IMG/VR virus record: IMGVR_UViG_2880372215_000004
DNA length: 64,000 bases
DNA from: a virus
Taxonomy: Duplodnaviria > Heunggongvirae > Uroviricota > Caudoviricetes
Strand: one strand, 5' to 3'
Made by a program: the position numbers and the translations under genes
The notes under the pieces: model-generated
Told to the model about the DNA's origin: nothing
Databases searched by the model: none
The model's input: only the letters and a program-made list of their open reading frames with translations
In this document: piece after piece, positions 60,338-64,000 of the stretch
How positions within the stretch are numbered: the first letter of the stretch is position 1
Layout of the letters: each line of letters begins with the position of its first letter

Positions 60338-60976
60338 TTACCAGTCAATCCAGAGTGGACCGTGTTCAGCGTAAATATAACTGTACACATCCAGATTATA
60401 TTTGTGGTCTGTTAAGAACAGGCCGCAAATACATGCCGAAGCTTCCAGTGCAGCGGCTCTGTTACTGAATAACCATGTAGCAACATTCCAGCGTTTTTCT
60501 GCATCCCAGTCTTTCTCAAGGCCTGATACCATGAAGAAACCGTTAGTGTTGCCATCAAATAATTCTGTTTCCAAATTTTTAAGCAATGCCTGATGGACTC
60601 TTGCCAGGTATTCCGCCGGAATTTCGCCACGAATTCTGATGAGATTGTCATAAACAAACATGTTCCCCGCATATGGCGATTTTTCTTTCTTGTTTTTTAA
60701 ACCAGCATCATGAGCAAACTGATCAATTTCTTCTTCCGTTGGTTTCGTATTGATGTTTTGCGCTGTCGTTTCTGCAATTTTATTTGCCACACTCTCTGAG
60801 TCGTGTTTATTTATAGACGCACAGAAATACAATCCGGTAAACGCATCGCGCACATTACGAGCCATATTATCAGTGTCTTTTTTCGTTACCGATTCCAATT
60901 CAAGTTCGTTCAGACGATGACGAAGTGTGTGTGCTGCAATCTCCTGGATTGAAGGAGGTAAATCTTTAAATTCCAT
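60338..60976 (-). CDS. unknown 212-aa protein at the position sieB occupies in prophage 1
   Basis: ORF 60338..60988; GAGG before internal ATG 60976; no motif recognised. Confidence 0.6.
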   Translation of the reverse strand: MEFKDLPPSIQEIAAHTLRHRLNELELESVTKKDTDNMARNVRDAFTGLYFCASINKHDSESVANKIAETTAQNINTKPTEEEIDQFAHDAGLKNKKEKSPYAGNMFVYDNLIRIRGEIPAEYLARVHQALLKNLETELFDGNTNGFFMVSGLEKDWDAEKRWNVATWLFSNRAAALEASACICGLFLTDHKYNLDVYSYIYAEHGPLWIDW

Positions 60977-60987
60977 CGTCAACCTCA

Positions 60988-61140
60988 TCAGTCAGTGTTT
61001 CTGGCTAACCAGCGACGCGCGCCAGCTTCAGTTTTAAACGTTTTGCTTTTGGTATACGTCATCGCGGTGAACGTACCGTCCTGGTTGGGGAACACGCCAC
61101 ATACCAGAGATTCGTTGTTGCCAAGATTGAGCGTATCCAT
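60988..61140 (-). CDS. YdaF-like small protein, 50 aa from MDTLNLGNN
   Basis: ORF 60988..61221; near-identical to ydaF at 7156..7311; GAGGT before ATG 61140. Confidence 0.65.
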   Translation of the reverse strand: MDTLNLGNNESLVCGVFPNQDGTFTAMTYTKSKTFKTEAGARRWLARNTD

Positions 61141-61432
61141 GTTGACCTCATTTCCCCTTAACGCCGGGGTAGCGGAACAAAAACCTGCTGCATAGTTATT
61201 AAAGTTGAACCCTGCCGTCATGTTCTTACGCCTCGGGCTGGCTACTTAACCCCTGACCACTGCCTGGTAACTCGAAGTATTGCCCTGCATTCTGTGGGGC
61301 GGGGTGAGGGAATGAATGAAGTTTAGAAAAACGAACATTTAAGGTCAATGTTTTTTTATCAAAACATTTTAAGCAGGCAGCTGTTACGCCATCACTACGA
61401 TGGCATACAGTTAATCAAATAGATGAGGTTGG

Positions 61433-62071
61433 TTAAATATCTTGTTGAATTTTAAAGCATACTCCCAATATGCAAGATAGATCATCCAGCATAATTGAAG
61501 GGTAGCGAGGATTCGTGGGGACTAAAAGAATATCCGGCCCTTCTATCTCCAGTTTGCGAATGACAGGCGTTGTGGTCCCTTTGGGTAAGGCAAGGACAAT
61601 ATTTCCTGGTTGTACGATTCGATCGGGATCAACAAAAACTGTTGAACCATTTGGGATGGAAACTCCACCACCAGATGTCGACATACTGTCACTCTCTAGA
61701 ACAACAGCAAAGGTATTGGCCGGGATTTCTCCGACAAGCTGCACACAAGAGGTTATTGAGGAATTTTTCATATAATCACTCCAGCTTGCTGCCTGCTGAA
61801 GTGATAGTAGCGGAACCGTTTTTATCGGCGGTAAAGATAGATCAAGCGAATCACCTGTATTTAACTCTCCTCCATTAAGAAGCCAATTTTCGTTTACTTT
61901 CAATATCTTTGCCAGTGAACTTATGTAACGCGAGGACGGCGCTCCTCCACCGTTCATCCATTGACTTACGGAGCCTTTTGATGCGCCAGTGGCATTGACA
62001 AGGTCTTTGCCTTTCAAGTTTAGCGCATGCATACGTTGGGTTATGCGTTCAGATATTGTTTGCTTGTTCAT
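61433..62071 (-). CDS. CI-like repressor (HTH plus S24 LexA-like peptidase domain), 212 aa
   Basis: ORF track; Ser in VLESDSM and downstream Lys; divergent from cro-like gene. Confidence 0.75.
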   Translation of the reverse strand: MNKQTISERITQRMHALNLKGKDLVNATGASKGSVSQWMNGGGAPSSRYISSLAKILKVNENWLLNGGELNTGDSLDLSLPPIKTVPLLSLQQAASWSDYMKNSSITSCVQLVGEIPANTFAVVLESDSMSTSGGGVSIPNGSTVFVDPDRIVQPGNIVLALPKGTTTPVIRKLEIEGPDILLVPTNPRYPSIMLDDLSCILGVCFKIQQDI

Positions 62072-62162
62072 GTTTTGATTTTAAAACACAGATGGTTTTG
62101 TTTCTTGACTTTCTTTGGTTTTGATTATTAAACTTTTGGCGTTCAGTTTTATGGAGCGACTC

Positions 62163-62405
62163 ATGAAAAAATCAGAAGTATTAGGCTATTTTGGCGGAGT
62201 TGTTAAAACAGCCGCCGCTCTAGGAACGTCAAAAACCACAGTCAGCATGTGGGGGGAAGACGTTCCGTGGAAATGGGCGTTGCTAATTCAGGCAGTCACT
62301 GCCGGGGCGCTCAAATATGAGTTACACATACCGACGGTTGTCATTCCCGATTCTGATCATAATCCGCCTTCTAACCAAGGGGGGATTCATGAAAATCAAG
62401 CATGA
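62163..62405 (+). CDS. Cro-like small HTH protein, 80 aa
   Basis: ORF 62115..62405; GGAG 6 nt before ATG 62163. Confidence 0.6.
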   Translation: MKKSEVLGYFGGVVKTAAALGTSKTTVSMWGEDVPWKWALLIQAVTAGALKYELHIPTVVIPDSDHNPPSNQGGIHENQA

Positions 62406-62814
62406 ACACATCCGCATGGCGATGAATGCCTGGGCGCGTCCTGATGGCGAAAAAGTTCCGGCAGCTGGAATAACCCAGGCTTATTTTGAGTTGGGTATGA
62501 CGTTTCCTGAACTGTACGACGACAGCCATCCGGAAGCCCTGGCTCGCAATACCCAGAAAATTTTCCGCTGGATAGAGAAAGACACCCCTGATGCAGTTGA
62601 AAAAATGCAGGCTCTGTTACCGGCGATCGAAAAGGCAATGCCGCCTCTGCTGGTGGCCCGTATGCGCAGTCACAGCTCTGAATATTACCGTGAGATCGTC
62701 GAACGGAGGGATCGGCTGGTGAAAGATGTGGATGATTTTGTCGCAGCGGCGATCGCCTGGGGCACCCTGACTAACAGTGGGGGTCAGCCTGGTAATGCTG
62801 TTGTCGTGCATTGA
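62389..62814 (+). CDS. YdaT-like protein, 141 aa
   Basis: ORF 62317..62814; N-terminus MKIKHEHI and C-terminus VVVH match ydaT at 8494. Confidence 0.7.
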   Translation: MKIKHEHIRMAMNAWARPDGEKVPAAGITQAYFELGMTFPELYDDSHPEALARNTQKIFRWIEKDTPDAVEKMQALLPAIEKAMPPLLVARMRSHSSEYYREIVERRDRLVKDVDDFVAAAIAWGTLTNSGGQPGNAVVVH

Positions 62815-62882
62815 CCAACAATATTCATGCCGGATTTCTTCCGGATGTTCGAGGGTAAAGTTCGGTATCAGAAGAGGTGAGT

Positions 62883-64000
62883 ATGGCTAATGCCTGGCTC
62901 AGATTGTGGCATGACATGCCAAATGACCCCAAGTGGCGAACGATTGCCAGGGTATCAGGACAGCCAATCGCAACAGTGATGGCAGTGTATATCCATCTTC
63001 TGGTGAGCGCGTCACGAAATGTCACGACATGTCACGGCGTGTCACTACGTGGTCACATTGATGTCACGACGGAAGATTTAGCAAGTGCGCTTGATGTGAC
63101 GGAAGACGTAATTGATTCAATTTTGCATGCAATGCAGGGGCGGGTTCTGGATGGTGACCTTATTTCCGGATGGGAAAAACGTCAGGTGCTGAAAGAGGAC
63201 AATGGTAACGTTTCGCAAACGGCAAAATCCCCGGCAGAGCGCAAGAGAGCGCAGCGGGAGCGGGAAAAGCTGCGGAAACATAATGCTGATTGTCACGATG
63301 AGTCACGACGTGTCACGCATCTGTCACGACAAGTCACGACAGATAAAGATACAGATAAAGATACAGATACAGAATTAAACCCCACACATAACGCGCGCGA
63401 GAGTATTCCGACCAGTGAGTCGAATGGTGCGCCGTTGCAGACAGCCGAACCTGAATACCTGGACGGCCTGAGCGAACCGATCGGGAAATTTTCGATGACT
63501 ACTGTCTGGCAGCCGTCGCCGGATTTTCGACAACGGGCAGCAGTGTGGGGTATGGCTCTGCCTGAGCCGGAATTTACACCTGCTGAGCTTGCCGCATTCC
63601 GGGATTACTGGATGGCGGAGGGGAAGGTTTTCACGCAGGTTCAGTGGGAGCAGAAATTTGCCCGCCACGTGCAGCACGTCAGGGCACAGGTAAAACCAGT
63701 CAGCAAGGGGGAAGCCATGCAGCATCAGGTGGCACGGCATCACGGGCAGTTCAGGAAATCCGGGCTGCACGCGAACAGTGGGAACGTGACAACGGATTTA
63801 TCAGCAACGGAAACGGCCTGGAAGCTGTGGGAGCTCATGGGGGAGGTGTATTCGAACCGCTGGACTCAGAAGAACGGGGCCGCACCTTCGAAGCTCTGGA
63901 TTGCCCAGATTGGTGCGATGACTGAACAGCAAATCCGTCTGGTGTGCCGTCAGTGCATGGACCGCTGCCGGGCGGGTGAAACGTGGCCCCCGGACCTGGC
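62883..64000 (+). CDS. replication initiator O-like protein, partial (no stop inside window)
   Basis: Hand-translated open frame from ATG 62883 with GAGGTGA Shine-Dalgarno; not in ORF track; iterons inside gene. Confidence 0.5.
   Translation, partial: MANAWLRLWHDMPNDPKWRTIARVSGQPIATVMAVYIHLLVSASRNVTTCHGVSLRGHIDVTTEDLASALDVTEDVIDSILHAMQGRVLDGDLISGWEKRQVLKEDNGNVSQTAKSPAERKRAQREREKLRKHNADCHDESRRVTHLSRQVTTDKDTDKDTDTELNPTHNARESIPTSESNGAPLQTAEPEYLDGLSEPIGKFSMTTVWQPSPDFRQRAAVWGMALPEPEFTPAELAAFRDYWMAEGKVFTQVQWEQKFARHVQHVRAQVKPVSKGEAMQHQVARHHGQFRKSGLHANSGNVTTDLSATETAWKLWELMGEVYSNRWTQKNGAAPSKLWIAQIGAMTEQQIRLVCRQCMDRCRAGETWPPDL
63011..63372. repeat. origin-like iterons: 11 TGTCACG-type repeats in two clusters with ~10-bp phasing (63011-63070, 63293-63340), then GATAAAGATACA repeats
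   Basis: Read directly in sequence inside the O-like gene. Confidence 0.7.

Noticed and set aside
63644-63925. 93-aa plus-strand ORF and overlapping 131-aa minus-strand ORF inside the O-like gene
   Set aside because: Alternative frames of a region open in the O-like frame from 62883; could mark a frameshift in the initiator but I cannot decide from sequence alone.
1-64000. CRISPR arrays, rRNA genes, prophage att core sites
   Set aside because: No direct-repeat/spacer periodicity and no rRNA-like sequence seen; attachment cores could not be identified without a reference for the empty site.

Overview
The window reads as Escherichia coli (EHEC/EPEC-like) prophage DNA, annotated by reading the six-frame translations and the DNA directly; no database search or alignment was run, so family names rest on motif recognition and recalled sequences. 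(1) 1-13.1 kb is a Rac-like lambdoid early region: intR, xis, ydaC, ralR, recT, recE, racC, ydaE, kilR, sieB, ydaF, ydaG, racR, ydaS, ydaT, ydaU, ydaV, a full-length ydaW-like gene and several small ORFs. (2) 13.2-17.3 kb is a low-GC island with a C5 cytosine methyltransferase convergent to a two-gene operon (GHKL-type ATPase plus a 329-aa unknown); this is my best candidate for an undescribed restriction/defence module. (3) 17.5-26.0 kb is a late-control and lysis region with Stx-phage architecture but no toxin genes: Q-like gene, tRNA(CAU), tRNA-Arg(UCU), TerB-like gene, NanS-p-type esterase, pinholin, SAR endolysin, antirepressor, Rz/Rz1. (4) 26.1-47.0 kb holds an HK97-like head module (HNH, TerS, multiply frameshifted TerL, protease-capsid fusion, portal) and a lambda-like tail module (G/GT with an A_AAA_AAG slippery site, tape measure, M, truncated L, J, Lom, collagen-like tail fibre). 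(5) 47.0-57.2 kb is an AT-rich effector locus (nleG, nleA, nleH, nleF) with an integrase remnant, a duplicated 120-bp segment and nested IS66/IS256-family elements. (6) From 57.3 kb a second lambdoid prophage begins (integrase fragment fused to a recE N-terminal fragment, cI/cro-like switch, YdaT-like gene, O-like replication gene with 10-bp phased iterons, running off the window). Several late and effector genes carry single-base frameshifts or in-frame stops; without reads I cannot tell decay from sequencing indels. Coordinates read from the DNA rather than the ORF track may be off by 1-2 nt.
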